This document shows, one piece after another, positions 62,903 to 64,000 of a stretch of DNA of 64,000 bases. Every line of letters starts with the position of its first letter. The first letter of the stretch is position 1. A program made the position numbers and the translations under genes. The notes under the pieces are model-generated. The model saw only the letters and a program-made list of their open reading frames with translations. It did no database searches and was not told the origin of the DNA. Origin of the DNA: Podarcis gaigeae (Eukaryota); NCBI GenBank assembly GCA_964106915.2, contig OZ066918.1; one strand, given 5' to 3'.

Positions 62903-63150
62903 GCCAGTGTGGTGTAGTGGTTAAGAGCAGTAGTCTCGTAATCTGGTGAACCGGGTTCGAGTCTCCGCTCCTCCACATGCAGCTGCTGGGTGACCTTGGG
63001 CCAGTCACACTTCTCTGAAGTCTCTCAGCCCCACTCACCTCACAGGGTGTTTGTTGTGGGGGAGGAAGGGAAAGGAGAATGTTAGCCGCTTTGAGACTCC
63101 TTAGGGTAGTGATAAAGCGGGATATCAAATCCAAACTCTTCTTCTTCTTT
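62903..63150 (+). mobile_element. CORE-SINE (Squam3-like), full length, with Pol III boxes
   Basis: A box TGGTGTAGTGG, B box GGTTCGAGTC, CORE-like segment and (CTT)n tail. Confidence 0.88.
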
Positions 63151-64000
63151 ATGTTCCAGGCTACACCCTCTCATCTCAGGAACGGAGGTTCCAGAAATCT
63201 CAAACTTTGAAACTCATTTCTCAGTCTCTGTGTAGCCAAACACCGCAAGGGCTAAAATGTTTGCAAGCAATGATATCGTCAAAATAGTTTATCATGTCCA
63301 CCAAACCGTAAATTGGAATCTATTCTGCTTTAAGATTGGTTCTGGGTGGTGTACCATGGCAAGAAGAATGCCAATAAGAGCAATAAACATCACAACACAA
63401 ATAATAAAGTGGCATTATAAAAAATAACTGCAGCAGTCAAAGCAATGCCAGTCAGCACCAATGAATTTTAGAATAAAACGCAAAATAAAAAAAAAAGGAT
63501 TTGCCTGGCATCAGAAGCTATAAAGTGATATAACCTACCAAGCTTTCCTTTCCTTGACAGTTTACTATATGCAAGCTACTTAGAGTCCCCCAACCCCAGT
63601 ATTGCTATCGTTACAGTTTATTTATTTATATTTATATGCCACATTTAGGAAAACTGGCTTCCAACACACAAATACGTAATTTAAGCACAAAGAAATGCAG
63701 CGTACAAAAAAATTAAGACAACAAAATCTTTTTTTTTCAAAAAGTGTTAGAAGCCAGATACAATCTTGCTGAAACAAACAAACGAAGACAATTGTTACAT
63801 TTCAACCAAAACCTGCGTGCCAGGCTTATTCGCTGACATGCTAGTTTTCCACACACAGGGATTTATTTATTTTTGTCAACCTGCAATTTCAAATGATACA
63901 GCTGGGGCATGTTTACCATTTCCATGAGAACTAAGCCAAAGCTTTGAGATGAGAATGGATCTAAAAACCACCCAACACATGAAACTAAATTGAACGGATG

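Noticed and set aside
62903-62980. tRNA-like sequence with A and B boxes (also at 26168 and 51416)
   Set aside because: These are SINE heads continuing into SINE bodies, not tRNA genes.
1-64000. LINE orientation bias as evidence for the host-gene strand
   Set aside because: Most L2 copies are on plus, but CR1, L1 and SINE copies occur on both strands; numbers are too small to infer.

Overview
Eukaryotic, AT-rich genomic DNA from a squamate reptile, probably a lacertid lizard (inferred from the Sauria-SINE form, MIR-derived CORE-SINE, L2, CR1 and BovB complement). No recognisable host protein-coding gene, rRNA, functional tRNA or CRISPR array is supported; the window looks like a large intron or intergenic region. 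Every protein-like ORF is a retrotransposon remnant (CR1, L1-clade or L2 ORF2 C-termini); the other ORFs are chance frames over repeats and microsatellites. The window is dense in short non-autonomous DNA transposons (many hAT-type MITEs with readable 8-bp TSDs, plus Tc1/mariner- and Harbinger-like MITEs), SINEs, 5'-truncated LINEs and microsatellites, with one 159-N assembly gap. The best leads are: a multi-layer TE nest at 50.2-53.4 kb; a hAT MITE enclosing a tail-less Sauria SINE; a ~150-nt orphan hairpin; a diverged direct repeat with a conserved stem; a phased E-box/TAAT motif array; and two minus-strand exon candidates. I found no convincing novel multi-gene biological system. Repeat family names come from recall of consensus features, not from a database search.
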